Positions 35,821-46,295 of a stretch of DNA of 64,000 nt are shown piece by piece. Position 1 is the first letter of the stretch; each line of letters begins with the position of its first letter. Below the pieces are notes generated by a model, which had not been told where the DNA came from, ran no database searches, and saw only the letters and a list, made by a program, of their open reading frames with translations. The DNA is from Candidatus Latescibacterota bacterium (GTDB taxonomy: Bacteria; Latescibacterota; UBA2968). The position numbers were made by a program, and so were the translations under genes. The stretch covers positions 6,080,001-6,144,000 of the forward strand of contig OZ241986.1 of NCBI GenBank assembly GCA_965204375.1. The letters run 5' to 3'.

Positions 35821-38562
35821 ATGCCAAAACGCGCATTTGTTATCCTCATTTTGGGTTTTGCTGTTTTTGCAGCTTTTGTTGGGCTGAGGCTGCTCTCGGT
35901 GATTTATACCGATTATCTCTGGTTTTCATCACTCGATTTTCAAAACGCATTTATCACCATTATACGCACCAAAACCCTCGCCTTTTTCGCATTTGGAAGT
36001 GTTTTTGCACTGATCTGCGGTATCAGTATTGTCGCTGCTCGGCGCTATGGGCAGCCCACCCGCATCATGGCACTTGAGGTTATTATCGATGGCGATGTTC
36101 CCATACCGCCTGATCACTCTCTCCGACAGCGTTACGCTTGGATCGGCATTGTCGCGCTGTTGTCCTTTTTTATGGGTATTGCAGGCACTTCGGCCTGGTC
36201 AGTTGTTCTAAAGTACATCAATCCCACCTCTTTTGATCTGGCTGATCCCATATTTGGTCACGACATAGCATTTTATGTTTTCAGCCTGCCGCTGTACAAT
36301 TTTCTGCAGGGTTGGCTCATTTCTGCAATTATTGTGACGGGGATTGCCTCGATTGTTTCCTATCATCAGGATAGAGCGGTTCGATACGATGACAAGCGCT
36401 GGATTACGACCCCACATGTGCTCGCACATGTCTCGATTCTCGCTGCTATCCTCGCTCTTTTACTCGCGTGGGGATATTGGCTCAAAAGATACGAGTTGCT
36501 CTATTCTTTTCGCAAAGAAGCTTTTTTTGGCGCGGGTTATACAGATCTCAATATCCAGATCTGGGCTTATTATCTGATGCTTTTGGGGCTGATTGTTCTC
36601 GCGGGGTTGCTCTTTTACAATGTGCGCGTTCGCACATGGAAGATTCCCGGATTTGGTTTGGCGGGCTATCTCGGTGCGCTCATTGTCGCGAGTTGGTTTA
36701 TTCCTATTATTTTTGAATTGGTGGTTGTGCGACCCAATGAATTTGACAGAGAAAAGCCCTATATTCAACATGCCATTAGTTACACGCGCAAAGCATATCG
36801 TCTGGACAAGATCGAGGAGGTGCCTTTTCCCGGTGAATCTGATCTGACTGCGGACGATATTGCAAATAATCAGGCTACGATACAAAGTATTCCGCTGTGG
36901 GATCGCCGCCCGCTTATGGATACGTATTCGCAGATCCAGGAAATTCGATCCTATTACAAATTTCGAAGTGTCGATGTGGATCGCTATGATATTGACGGCA
37001 CGTATCGACAAGTGATGTTGGCCGCACGTGAACTGGCGAGAAATCCGCGCGATTTACCAGGGGATACATGGGTCAATCGGCATCTTGTGTACACGCATGG
37101 ATACGGTCTGGTCATGAGTCCGGCCAATGAGATTGCCGCCGAAGGATTGCCGGGATTTGTGCTGAAAGATATTCCGCCGGTTACATCGAATGGTATTGAG
37201 GTCGTTCGCCCCGAACTCTACTACGGGGAAGACATGCGCGAATATGTCATTGTTCGGACCAACACACCTGAGTTTGACTATCCCAAAGGCGATGAGAATA
37301 TATACACGACTTATAAGGGTCGCGGAGGCGTGCCATTGGACGGATTTTTGACGCGCCTTTTATTTTCCATTCGCTTTGTCGATCCATTTATTCTTTTTAC
37401 CGATGCGATAACGCCCCAAAGTCGCATTGTGTTTGACCGGCATATTGGCACTCGCTTTGGCGAAGATGCTCCGCGGCGGTTTGATAAAATTGCCCCGTTT
37501 CTCCGCTTTGACAGCGATCCCTATCTCGCCGTGGTTGAAGGCCGCCTGCTTTGGATACAGGATGCTTATACTATATCCAATATGTTTCCCTATTCGATGC
37601 CTTATGGGCGGCCCTATGTGCGAGAAATGAATTATATCCGCAATTCTGTCAAAGTAGTGCTCGACGCGTACAATGGGAGTGTCACTTTTTATGCCTGGGA
37701 TACGAGTGACCCCCTGCTCAAGACCTATATGGCGATTTTCCCGCATCTGTTCAAGTCGGCCGATGAAATCAGTCCCGCACTTCGCGCACACCTGCGGTAT
37801 CCGATAGATCTCTTTGATATTCAGGCGACGCTCTACAATACCTATCACATGACCACTCCGATTGTGTTCTACAACCGCGAAGATGTTTGGGAGATTCCCA
37901 CAGAGTACTACGGGACAGTTGATCGCCCTATTCGCATGCGTCCGTATTATGTGATGGCGCGATTGCAGGGTGAAGACCGCGAAGAATATATTCTCATGCT
38001 GCCGGCTACGCCTTCCAATAAACCCAATATGATCGGCTGGATATTTGCGCGCTGTGACGGAAAAAATTACGGACGACTCGTGGTCTATAAATTGCCCAAG
38101 GAAACGCTCATTTACGGGCCGATGCTCATTGAACAACGCATCAATCAGGATACCGATATTTCCCGAGAAATTACTCTGTGGGATCAGCGCGGGTCAGATG
38201 TCATACGCGGCAATTTGCTGGTTATTCCCATCCGCAATTCGTTCATTTATGTCGAGCCGCTTTATCTGCGCGCATCCCAACATGGCATGCCAGAGCTCAA
38301 GCGCGTGCTCGCTATTCACGGTGACCGCCTCGCTATGGGCGAAGATCTCAACGATGCTCTCAACAGGGTTTTTGCCAAAACAACGGGCACGCGAGTTCGA
38401 GATACTGAAAATTTGCCAGAAGATCTCAAAGCACTCGCCCAGCAGGCATATCGGCAATTTGAAACGGCGCAAAAGCACTTGCAGGCGGGCGCGTTTTCCG
38501 ATTATGGCCAAAGCGTTGAGGCATTGCGCCAAACTCTTCGGCGCATGAATGAAAATGAATAA
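35821..38562 (+). CDS. UPF0182 family membrane protein
   Basis: DYLWF, DPIFGHDIAFYVF.LP, HLVYTHGYG, NYIRNSVK..LDAY.G, GNLLVIP, YVEPLY. Confidence 0.93.
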   Translation: MPKRAFVILILGFAVFAAFVGLRLLSVIYTDYLWFSSLDFQNAFITIIRTKTLAFFAFGSVFALICGISIVAARRYGQPTRIMALEVIIDGDVPIPPDHSLRQRYAWIGIVALLSFFMGIAGTSAWSVVLKYINPTSFDLADPIFGHDIAFYVFSLPLYNFLQGWLISAIIVTGIASIVSYHQDRAVRYDDKRWITTPHVLAHVSILAAILALLLAWGYWLKRYELLYSFRKEAFFGAGYTDLNIQIWAYYLMLLGLIVLAGLLFYNVRVRTWKIPGFGLAGYLGALIVASWFIPIIFELVVVRPNEFDREKPYIQHAISYTRKAYRLDKIEEVPFPGESDLTADDIANNQATIQSIPLWDRRPLMDTYSQIQEIRSYYKFRSVDVDRYDIDGTYRQVMLAARELARNPRDLPGDTWVNRHLVYTHGYGLVMSPANEIAAEGLPGFVLKDIPPVTSNGIEVVRPELYYGEDMREYVIVRTNTPEFDYPKGDENIYTTYKGRGGVPLDGFLTRLLFSIRFVDPFILFTDAITPQSRIVFDRHIGTRFGEDAPRRFDKIAPFLRFDSDPYLAVVEGRLLWIQDAYTISNMFPYSMPYGRPYVREMNYIRNSVKVVLDAYNGSVTFYAWDTSDPLLKTYMAIFPHLFKSADEISPALRAHLRYPIDLFDIQATLYNTYHMTTPIVFYNREDVWEIPTEYYGTVDRPIRMRPYYVMARLQGEDREEYILMLPATPSNKPNMIGWIFARCDGKNYGRLVVYKLPKETLIYGPMLIEQRINQDTDISREITLWDQRGSDVIRGNLLVIPIRNSFIYVEPLYLRASQHGMPELKRVLAIHGDRLAMGEDLNDALNRVFAKTTGTRVRDTENLPEDLKALAQQAYRQFETAQKHLQAGAFSDYGQSVEALRQTLRRMNENE

Positions 38563-39463
38563 ACAGGTCTCAAAGTGGGCTGGATTGCTCACTGAACAGC
38601 GCAATTCCAATAGCACCCATATTGACCGGTGTTCGACAGTGGATGCACTGCGCCTTATCAATACCGAAGATCAAAAAGTAGCGCGTGCTGTTGAAGCTGT
38701 GATAGATGATATTGCTAGGGCTGTCGATCTCGTGGTATCGGCGTTTCAAAAGGGTGGTCGTCTCTTTTATGTTGGTGCTGGAACCAGCGGTCGTCTCGGC
38801 GTTCTCGATGCGTCTGAATGCCCACCGACCTACGGTGTGTCACCCGATCTCGTTCAGGGTGTTATCGCGGGCGGTATTCCCGCTTTGACGCGTTCACAAG
38901 AAGGTGCAGAAGACCATCCAGAAGACGGAAAAGCAGCACTTAAAGATCGCGGTTGCACATCCGATGATGTTGTTATGGGCATTGCGGCGAGTGGGGTGAC
39001 GCCTTTTGTGCTCGGTGCGCTCGAATACGCGCGATGTATTGGCGCAAAGACTTTGTTTTTTACATGCAATCCAGATGTCGCAAAAAAGATGCGCGCAGAT
39101 GTCGCGATTGTTCCTGTAGTGGGGCCAGAAGTCATTGCCGGATCGACGCGCATGAAAGCGGGTACGGCAACCAAACTGGTGCTCAATATGATTACTACAA
39201 CGGCCATGATCCGCCTGGGCAAAGTCTATGAAAATCTGATGGTTGATCTCACGCCGACCTGCGAGAAACTCATAGACCGCGCCGAGCGCATTTTGGAGAT
39301 CGTATCTGATCTGACTCCTGAAGAAAGTCGCCGGGCACTCGACAACGCACAGGGCGATCTCAAAACGGCGATTGTCATGATAAAACGGGCTGTCTCTATA
39401 AAAACAGCCCGTGAATTACTGCGGCAAAACGACGGTGTTATCAATAAGGTTCTGGCGGATTAA
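38549..39463 (+). CDS. murQ: N-acetylmuramic acid 6-phosphate etherase
   Basis: TEQRN, GAGTSGRLGVLDASECPPT, GSTRMKAGTATKLVLN; start may be 38555. Confidence 0.96.
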   Translation: MKMNKQVSKWAGLLTEQRNSNSTHIDRCSTVDALRLINTEDQKVARAVEAVIDDIARAVDLVVSAFQKGGRLFYVGAGTSGRLGVLDASECPPTYGVSPDLVQGVIAGGIPALTRSQEGAEDHPEDGKAALKDRGCTSDDVVMGIAASGVTPFVLGALEYARCIGAKTLFFTCNPDVAKKMRADVAIVPVVGPEVIAGSTRMKAGTATKLVLNMITTTAMIRLGKVYENLMVDLTPTCEKLIDRAERILEIVSDLTPEESRRALDNAQGDLKTAIVMIKRAVSIKTARELLRQNDGVINKVLAD

Positions 39464-40989
39464 GCTTTGTTGTGTTCCCCTTGATAGAATGTTTTTACCA
39501 GTCCGTTGAGAAAGTCTTTGGGCTGGCGCACGGCTTCTGCGGTAATGACGTAAGATTGGTGACCCAATAGCTTTAGCCCGTGTCCGTAATCATCGAATAA
39601 ATCCGGACACACTTCGTCAACTGTGCGATGTTCTTTTGCGGCTTTTTCGGCAAGTGCGCCCAGTGCTTCATCGTCAAAAGTAAGCGCGATACCATAGGCG
39701 TCCTGGAATCGCTTGACAAACGCGCTCGTGCCCCGCAAGACCAGCAACTGCTGAAGCGCGTGTTCGGGGTCTTCAATCACATTTTTCGTGACGTGAAACG
39801 AATCGATGTTTGTCGATGGCAATGATTTTTCAAATTTTAGCAACGCGCGTTCACATACGCTGACCAGGCTTCGCGCGCCGGTTTGTTCCAGGGCGGCTTG
39901 TTCGGCCAATAGCCTGAGCGCGTCGTCATCAAAAGTTAGATCAATGCCGTAGGCTTTGAAGTCGCGTTTTTTGCCCAGAATTACCGAACTGGTCTGGCTC
40001 TGCAAAATCGCGTAGAGATCGTCCACGCTCAAGGGCGTTAAAATTGCTGTTACGGGTAGCCGCCCCACAAACTCAGATTCAAAACCGTATTCGATCATGT
40101 CTTCTGTTTTGGCGTATTGCAAAAGTTCTGTGTGGTTCTGTTCGTGAGACGTGTCGCGCCCCGATTGAAACCCGACTTTGCCCAGATTGAGACGCTTTCG
40201 CACGATGTCATCGAGACCGCTAAATGCACCGCTTACGATAAATAGGATGTTGCGCGTGTTAATTTTTTGACGCTCTACTTTGCCGCTGCGCTGAAATTGC
40301 ATCATGGATTCCATCTGCGATGTGAGGTCGTGCGGTGCTTTGAGATCGACATCGGTTTCTTCCATGAGCTTGAGCAAGTTGCGCTGAACGCCCGTGCGCG
40401 ATACGTCTGGTCCGACCAGATTTGAGGCCGATGCGATTTTGTCTATTTCGTCGATGTACACGATGCCGTATTGCGCCATTTCAATGCTGCCATTGGCTTC
40501 ACGCACGAGTTCTCGAATCAGGTCTTCGACATCGCCGCCCACATATCCCGTTTCGCTGAATTTTGTCGCATCGCCTTTGACAAATGGCACACCAATGCGT
40601 TGTGCAATCAACTTAATCAAATACGTTTTGCCCACGCCCGTAGGCCCAATCAGGAGAATATTGTTTTTGATGTGTCCTACATTTTTGCGCGAAAAATCCG
40701 GGTCTTCGCGGTCGAGTTTCATGCGATTGTAGTGCGTACATATCTTGGTGGCTAATACTTCTTTTGCTTCGGACTGCTGCACCACATATTCGTTTAAATA
40801 AGCCTCCAGTTCTTCGGGTTTGAGGTCAAAATCTATGGTTTGTTCTGCGGGTTCTTCCACGCGGGGACCTTCCTGTATTCCGTCGGCTTCCCCCTGCGGA
40901 AAGACGACCTGATTCCCGTATTTTTCTTCGAGGAAGTTTTTGAGATCTTTTTGCAATTCCGCAGGAGAAAAAGGTTTTTTTTCAGACAT
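39460..40989 (-). CDS. clpX: ClpX-like AAA+ ATPase lacking the N-terminal C4 zinc finger
   Basis: GPTGVGKT, GYVGGDVE, IDEIDKI, VGF loop, EFVGRLP, TGARSL. Confidence 0.8.
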   Translation of the reverse strand: MSEKKPFSPAELQKDLKNFLEEKYGNQVVFPQGEADGIQEGPRVEEPAEQTIDFDLKPEELEAYLNEYVVQQSEAKEVLATKICTHYNRMKLDREDPDFSRKNVGHIKNNILLIGPTGVGKTYLIKLIAQRIGVPFVKGDATKFSETGYVGGDVEDLIRELVREANGSIEMAQYGIVYIDEIDKIASASNLVGPDVSRTGVQRNLLKLMEETDVDLKAPHDLTSQMESMMQFQRSGKVERQKINTRNILFIVSGAFSGLDDIVRKRLNLGKVGFQSGRDTSHEQNHTELLQYAKTEDMIEYGFESEFVGRLPVTAILTPLSVDDLYAILQSQTSSVILGKKRDFKAYGIDLTFDDDALRLLAEQAALEQTGARSLVSVCERALLKFEKSLPSTNIDSFHVTKNVIEDPEHALQQLLVLRGTSAFVKRFQDAYGIALTFDDEALGALAEKAAKEHRTVDEVCPDLFDDYGHGLKLLGHQSYVITAEAVRQPKDFLNGLVKTFYQGEHNKA

Positions 40990-41070
40990 AAAAAAACTCC
41001 AGAGTCAAGGGGCTGGGGACTGGAGATAAGCTCTCAGTCCATCCAGATTAGTAATACTGAAAGTGTCTAA

Positions 41071-41099
41071 ACAATACCAATACTACTTCTGACTGTCAA
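41071..41099 (-). promoter_or_regulatory. Sigma70 promoter of the clpX-like gene
   Basis: TTGACA-17 nt-TATTGT. Confidence 0.6.
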
Positions 41100-41118
41100 G
41101 TTATCATGAGACACAGTT

Positions 41119-42840
41119 ATGAATCTCAGTCCACTAACACTTCGCAGATTATGCGATGAATTGCGGCCTCAGATTGACCACCGTCTGATCCGCGATGTGT
41201 TCCTCGTTGGTCGGCACGATCTGTTTTTGCATCTGGGCGATGCCGGGCATCTCTTGCTTTCCGCACATCCGGGTCGAAGTTGTCTGATGCTGACCCAACC
41301 GCCCATCGAGGCCCAGCGCGTACGCATCCCCTGGGCAGATCGCTATTTGCGCGGTGCGGGTATTATTGGCATTGAACATGTTCCCCACGAACGCATTGTG
41401 CATCTCTTGGTTCGCAAGCGCGACCGCATTGGCACAACTACTGATTCCCGCATTATATGCGAATTGATCAACAGGTATGCCAATGTTGTTCTCGTCGATA
41501 TGGGAACGAACCGGATCCTGGGAGCGCTCAGGTCTGTTCGCGCGCGCCAGAACCGCGTGCGGGAAATATCCCCGGGAAAGTTCTATCAGCCGCCGCCAGC
41601 GCTTGACCGCATGCCGCCGGAAAGCGCGAAGCTCTCCTTTTTGGTCGATATTCCCGAAGATACGCGCGCAGACGCGCTTGTACAACATGTTGCGGGGCTT
41701 GATCTTTTATCTGCACGCGAATTGCTTCATATTGCCGGTTTTGGGGAAAAATGCCCGCTTTCCACCAGCGATATCGCAAATTTTACAGAGATGATTCGCA
41801 CGTTTTTTGCGAATCCGCCATTTTGTGACGGAGGCCTGCGGGTGCGCGAAGGGGATAATCGCAACGCGGTTTGTGCGCTTGATATTCGGCATACGCAGAT
41901 AGAACAAGCGTATCGTACGCTCAGCGACGCTATATCGGATGTTGTGGCGTGCGAAGTCGAGTCTGAGGCTCTTAAAGGGCGGCAAAAAAATATCGAGAAG
42001 GATCTGAAAAATCGCCTGACTGTCTGCGAGCGAAAAATTGGGCGTATCCGCGCAGATATCGACGATGCGGCCAATGCAGATCTGTATGAAAAGATGGGGA
42101 ATGTGCTGATGTGTCACATCGCGCAGGTTCCTCCGAATGTCGATACCATCACGCTACCCGATGTGTTTGATCCGTCTGGGGAAGATATGGTGATTCCTCT
42201 CAATCCGCGGCGCACGGCTTCGGAAAATGCCAGCGCGTACCTCAAGCGGGCGCAGAAAGCGAGAAAAGGCACCCCCATTCTCGCCAAACGTCTCGTGGGC
42301 GCGCAGAGGGAGAGGGATGAAATTCTGCATTATACAGATCGCCTCAATACTGTCCGTTCGGAAGCTGAGTTCGACGAGATACGGCGGGAACTGGAAGATG
42401 CGCGCCTGATCAAAGCTCCTAAAAAGAGGCCGCGAGTCAGGTCTAAACGCCAGAGTGGTGATATTCATCCCAGACGGTATCGCACACGGGATGGTTGGCG
42501 CGTGCTGGTGGGGCGAAATAATACGGAAAACGATAGGCTTACCAAAAGCTCGGGTCGCGACGATTTCTTTTTGCACGTTCACGGATGCCCGGGGTCCCAT
42601 GTGATTCTCAAACGCGATGGCAGAGCGGACCGGCCTTCTCAAAACACACTTAAAGAAGCGGCCAGTCTGGCGGCTTACTGGAGCAAAGCGCGGGGTGCCA
42701 AAAGCGTGCCGGTCAATTATACAGAGGTTCGCTATGTGCGAAAGCCGCGCGGGGCACCGCCGGGCCTGGTCACGATTCGGAACGAAAAAACTCTGATGGT
42801 TTCACCTCGTGAACTCAAGCGCGAGGATGAGTATTCGTAA
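41119..42840 (+). CDS. rqcH: NFACT/FbpA family ribosome quality-control factor
   Basis: NFACT-N (ELINRYANVVLVD), coiled coil, NFACT-R (VGRNNTENDRLT, H.HGCPGSHV, AA.LAAYWSK, VRKP.GAPPG.V). Confidence 0.88.
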   Translation: MNLSPLTLRRLCDELRPQIDHRLIRDVFLVGRHDLFLHLGDAGHLLLSAHPGRSCLMLTQPPIEAQRVRIPWADRYLRGAGIIGIEHVPHERIVHLLVRKRDRIGTTTDSRIICELINRYANVVLVDMGTNRILGALRSVRARQNRVREISPGKFYQPPPALDRMPPESAKLSFLVDIPEDTRADALVQHVAGLDLLSARELLHIAGFGEKCPLSTSDIANFTEMIRTFFANPPFCDGGLRVREGDNRNAVCALDIRHTQIEQAYRTLSDAISDVVACEVESEALKGRQKNIEKDLKNRLTVCERKIGRIRADIDDAANADLYEKMGNVLMCHIAQVPPNVDTITLPDVFDPSGEDMVIPLNPRRTASENASAYLKRAQKARKGTPILAKRLVGAQRERDEILHYTDRLNTVRSEAEFDEIRRELEDARLIKAPKKRPRVRSKRQSGDIHPRRYRTRDGWRVLVGRNNTENDRLTKSSGRDDFFLHVHGCPGSHVILKRDGRADRPSQNTLKEAASLAAYWSKARGAKSVPVNYTEVRYVRKPRGAPPGLVTIRNEKTLMVSPRELKREDEYS

Positions 42841-42868
42841 ATTTTTACATCTTTTGAAGGGAGATATT

Positions 42869-43600
42869 GTGGCGCGAAAGAGGGTGTTGATTACAGGTGC
42901 AGCAGGGCGAATTGGCGTGGTTCTCACAGATGGTTTGTACGAGCGGTATCAGTTGAGAGTGCTTTACAACCGCACAATTTTAGATCAGAAGTACGACGAG
43001 GAAGTGATGGTGGGAAATATCACGGATCTGGAGAAGATGGAAGAGGCTGTGGATGGAATGGATGCGGTGGTTCACATGGCGGGCAATCCGTCGGGTGGGG
43101 CGACGTTTGAAGAAACCGTGGAGGCAAATATTATCGGTACCTATAATATTTACGAGGCGTGCAAGCGCAAGGGGGTGAAGCGGGTGATTTTTGCCAGTAC
43201 AAATCACGTTACTGGCATGTACGAGAAGAAGGGCCCGATTTATACGACCTGGGAAATGCCCGTGCGTCCCGATAGTTATTACGGCGCGAGCAAAGCGTAT
43301 GGCGAAGCGTTGGGACGGTATTACGTCGATGCGTATGGCCTGTCTGTGATTTGCCATCGCATTGGGTCTTTTCAGCCCGTTTCTTCTGTTCAGAATCGAG
43401 GCAGTGACCGCATTTTGTCGTCCTGGTTGAGTTATAAAGATACGGTGCAACTGACCTGGCGGAGTATTGAGGCTCCGGAGAAAATTGATTTTGCGATTTA
43501 TTACGGCATTTCGGGTAATACGCGAGCGTATTGGGATATTCAGAATGCGCGCGAAGAGATCGGGTATAATCCCGTGGATAATGCTGAAGATTATGTTTAG
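42869..43600 (+). CDS. NAD-dependent epimerase/dehydratase (uronate dehydrogenase-like)
   Basis: TGAAGRIG, FASTNH, RPDSYYGASK, RIGSF; GGGAG RBS before GTG 42869. Confidence 0.85.
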   Translation: MARKRVLITGAAGRIGVVLTDGLYERYQLRVLYNRTILDQKYDEEVMVGNITDLEKMEEAVDGMDAVVHMAGNPSGGATFEETVEANIIGTYNIYEACKRKGVKRVIFASTNHVTGMYEKKGPIYTTWEMPVRPDSYYGASKAYGEALGRYYVDAYGLSVICHRIGSFQPVSSVQNRGSDRILSSWLSYKDTVQLTWRSIEAPEKIDFAIYYGISGNTRAYWDIQNAREEIGYNPVDNAEDYV

Positions 43601-43611
43601 TGGGGAATGCG

Positions 43612-43652
43612 AAAAACCGCCGATTGCTGAGACGCAATCGGCGGTTTTTTTT
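43612..43652. terminator. Bidirectional terminator
   Basis: aaaaaccgccgattgc-tgagac-gcaatcggcggttttt. Confidence 0.8.
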
Positions 43653-44532
43653 ATGCGAGGTCGTGCATGCGTTTGGCAGATGTTATGGTGTTGTACAGGA
43701 GCATGGTGATGGTCATGGGACCAACGCCGCCCGGGACGGGTGTGATGGCGCGCGCTTTTTTTCTGATGGCTGTGTAATCGACATCGCCAACGAGGCGATA
43801 ACCTGTTTTTTTAGATTTGTCGGGTACGCGGTTGACGCCGATGTCGATGACGACTGCGCCGTCTTGCACCATATCGGCAGTAATGGTGTTGGGATGTCCT
43901 GTCACCACGATGAGGATATCCGCCTGACGGGTGAAGTGCCCGAGGTCGCGCGTGCCAGTATGGCATAAGGTGACGGTGGCATTTGTGGTTTTTTGCGAGA
44001 GGATATTGGCGAGGGGACGGCCCACTAGGGTGCTGCGCCCCACGATGACGACGTGTTTGCCCGCGACTTCGAAGTTGCCGCGTTTGAGGATTTGTTGTAC
44101 GCCGTGAGGTGTGCAGGGTAAAAAGCTTTCTTCGCCGCGCATGAGACGCCCCAGGTTGACCGGATGGAGACCATCTACATCTTTGTCGGGTGAGATGCTG
44201 TTGAGGGCGGTTTGTTCGTCAAAGCCTTCGGGTAGGGGAAGTTGAACGAGGATGCCGTGAATGGTGGGGTCGTCGTTGAGTTGTTCAATGGTGTCGAGAA
44301 GGTCGGATTCGGGCTGGTCGGCTGTCAGGATGTGTTCAATAGAATATATGCCGATGTCTGCACAGGCTTTGCGTTTGCCTTTGATGTAGGATATGGATGC
44401 CGGATCGTCGCCGACGAGTACGACCGCGAGGCCGGGGGTGCGGTTGTGCTCCGCTTTGAGGTTCTTGACTTCTTCGGCCATTTCAGCACGCATGGTTTTG
44501 GACAGGTCTATGCCGTTTATGATTTTTGCCAT
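43651..44532 (-). CDS. folD: Methylenetetrahydrofolate dehydrogenase/cyclohydrolase
   Basis: PGLAVVLVG, KDVDG, PCTP, TPVPGGVGPMT. Confidence 0.97.
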   Translation of the reverse strand: MAKIINGIDLSKTMRAEMAEEVKNLKAEHNRTPGLAVVLVGDDPASISYIKGKRKACADIGIYSIEHILTADQPESDLLDTIEQLNDDPTIHGILVQLPLPEGFDEQTALNSISPDKDVDGLHPVNLGRLMRGEESFLPCTPHGVQQILKRGNFEVAGKHVVIVGRSTLVGRPLANILSQKTTNATVTLCHTGTRDLGHFTRQADILIVVTGHPNTITADMVQDGAVVIDIGVNRVPDKSKKTGYRLVGDVDYTAIRKKARAITPVPGGVGPMTITMLLYNTITSAKRMHDLA

Positions 44533-44595
44533 GGTCGCTTTCTCCCATGTGAATGCCCAAAATAAAAATACGCCCGGGCGATGTGATTGTTTTTA

Positions 44596-44670
44596 GCCCA
44601 GGCGGTCGGCATGTGATATGGTCCAGTGCTTCCTCGTGGTTATTTCCACTTTTCCGCCAGTTACACTGGA
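44596..44670 (-). ncRNA. ZMP/ZTP (pfl) riboswitch
   Basis: Minus strand TCCAGTG-TAACTGGCGGAAAAGTGGAAATAACCACGAGGAAG-CACTGGA...GCCGACCGCCTGGGC matches the pfl aptamer; downstream GCCCGGGCG plus T-run can form a terminator; lies upstream of folD. Confidence 0.88.
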
Positions 44671-44738
44671 ATTTCTGTAAATTTAAGGGATTTGGGCAGA
44701 TAATCCAAATTTTTTTTGGGGTTACCAGCCCGTATTTT

Positions 44739-46148
44739 TTAAAGGGAAATTGGGTGCTCGAAGTCTCTTTCCATTGTTTCGGGGAGTTGATAGGCGTTGC
44801 CTTTTTTGTCGCAGAAGTAAAGGCAGGATTTGGATGCATGTCGCGCATTGCCATCGGCCCACAGGGCGTAGAAGTCGGGATGGGCATTGACTGGGCTTCG
44901 GGCATAGGTGTGGTTGCGGGTGCTGTTTTGCGTGAGTTGTACGATGCGCTTCCACGTTTGTTCACCGCGTTCCCACATCGCCATTTCCCCGCCGGGATTG
45001 TAGGGTTGTGGTCCGGTTTCGGTGGGGGCGATGACGCGCCAGGTGCCGTCGGTTTCGAGGTAGAGGGAGCCCATGTCGTAGTTGCTGTCGGATGTGGTGA
45101 TGGGGTGGGCGTGCCATTCACTTCCCGTCCATTGCAATAGGGTCCAGGTGCGCGGGTCATTTTCCGGTCCCGATTCATAACCTTTGCTGGTGATGACGAG
45201 GATGACGGGATTTCCCTGTGGGTCGAGGCGAATGTCTTTGAGATAGACTTTTAGTCCTTCGGCTTCGTAATCGCGCACGAGGGCGTTGTTGTGTGGGGTT
45301 GTAAGCGGAATTTCAATGGGTTCCCCGGCTGCATTTTGCCAGGTTTGTCCAAAGTCGGGGGTTTCGAGGTAGTAGAGGTTGGTGCGCCAGTTGAGGCCGT
45401 GAGGTGCGGGGTGGTAGTTAAAGGCTGTGACGGCTTTGCGGTTGGAACATATACTGATTTGATAATGTCCTTTTTCAATGGCGGCCAGGCGCGTCCATTC
45501 AGACCATTTGACGCCGTTGGGGCTGGTCATGAAGAAGAGGGTGCGGTCGGCCGGGTCTTTGTAGCGGGTGACAAAGTTGATGAAGCCGCGGTCTGGTAAG
45601 TGCCAGGCTTGCATGTAGGAGAAGTTGTCCATGGGGCGTTCTTCACCATTGAGGCGATAGGTCGCGTCAATTTGTTCAAATTCATCGATGTCGTAGGGTT
45701 TTGCGCTTCGGTGGATATACGAGGGGCGCGATAAGCCGTGTGCGGTTGAGAAGATCCAGATATAGCCGTTGTCGTCTATGGATATGACGGGATTGTCGTG
45801 GGCATCGGCTGTGTTTTTGTCGAGGAGGATGGTCGGCCGGGGTACTTGTCGAGTTTTGTGGTCGAAGTAGGAGATCATGTGCAGGAGAAAACCGCTGCGA
45901 TTGCGTGCGAAAGCGCGGTCGCCATTGAGGTCTTGTTCGGTGTGTTTGAGATGTGCATCAACAGGTGTGCCGCCGTAACAGAAGAAGGTTTTTTCGACTT
46001 CGGGACGGTACACGGCAAAGGGACGGTGTTTGGCACAGTACGTGCCCAATCCACCGCTGTATTTGTACACGTATTCATCGCCCGATGGCTGATTGTAATA
46101 CCATATCCCGCGATAGCCCGTGTCTTTTTGGTTTAAGGTGAGGGTCAT
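44739..46148 (-). CDS. BNR-4 repeat (sialidase-like propeller) protein
   Basis: DAHDNP.I.ID..GYIW, FSY.Q, Asp-box-like SPNG..W and TPDFGQTW. Confidence 0.75.
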   Translation of the reverse strand: MTLTLNQKDTGYRGIWYYNQPSGDEYVYKYSGGLGTYCAKHRPFAVYRPEVEKTFFCYGGTPVDAHLKHTEQDLNGDRAFARNRSGFLLHMISYFDHKTRQVPRPTILLDKNTADAHDNPVISIDDNGYIWIFSTAHGLSRPSYIHRSAKPYDIDEFEQIDATYRLNGEERPMDNFSYMQAWHLPDRGFINFVTRYKDPADRTLFFMTSPNGVKWSEWTRLAAIEKGHYQISICSNRKAVTAFNYHPAPHGLNWRTNLYYLETPDFGQTWQNAAGEPIEIPLTTPHNNALVRDYEAEGLKVYLKDIRLDPQGNPVILVITSKGYESGPENDPRTWTLLQWTGSEWHAHPITTSDSNYDMGSLYLETDGTWRVIAPTETGPQPYNPGGEMAMWERGEQTWKRIVQLTQNSTRNHTYARSPVNAHPDFYALWADGNARHASKSCLYFCDKKGNAYQLPETMERDFEHPISL

Positions 46149-46295
46149 GTTTTCTCCTGTGGATGAAATTTGAAGATGCTAAAAGAAATGGAAAAAGGAA
46201 ATTCGCGTCAAGTTTCTTGACAAAGTTTGGTTTCATGAGTTCATTCACACAGTGAAATGTAGCGTGCAAAACCCAGTTCCTTAGAAAGGATTATT

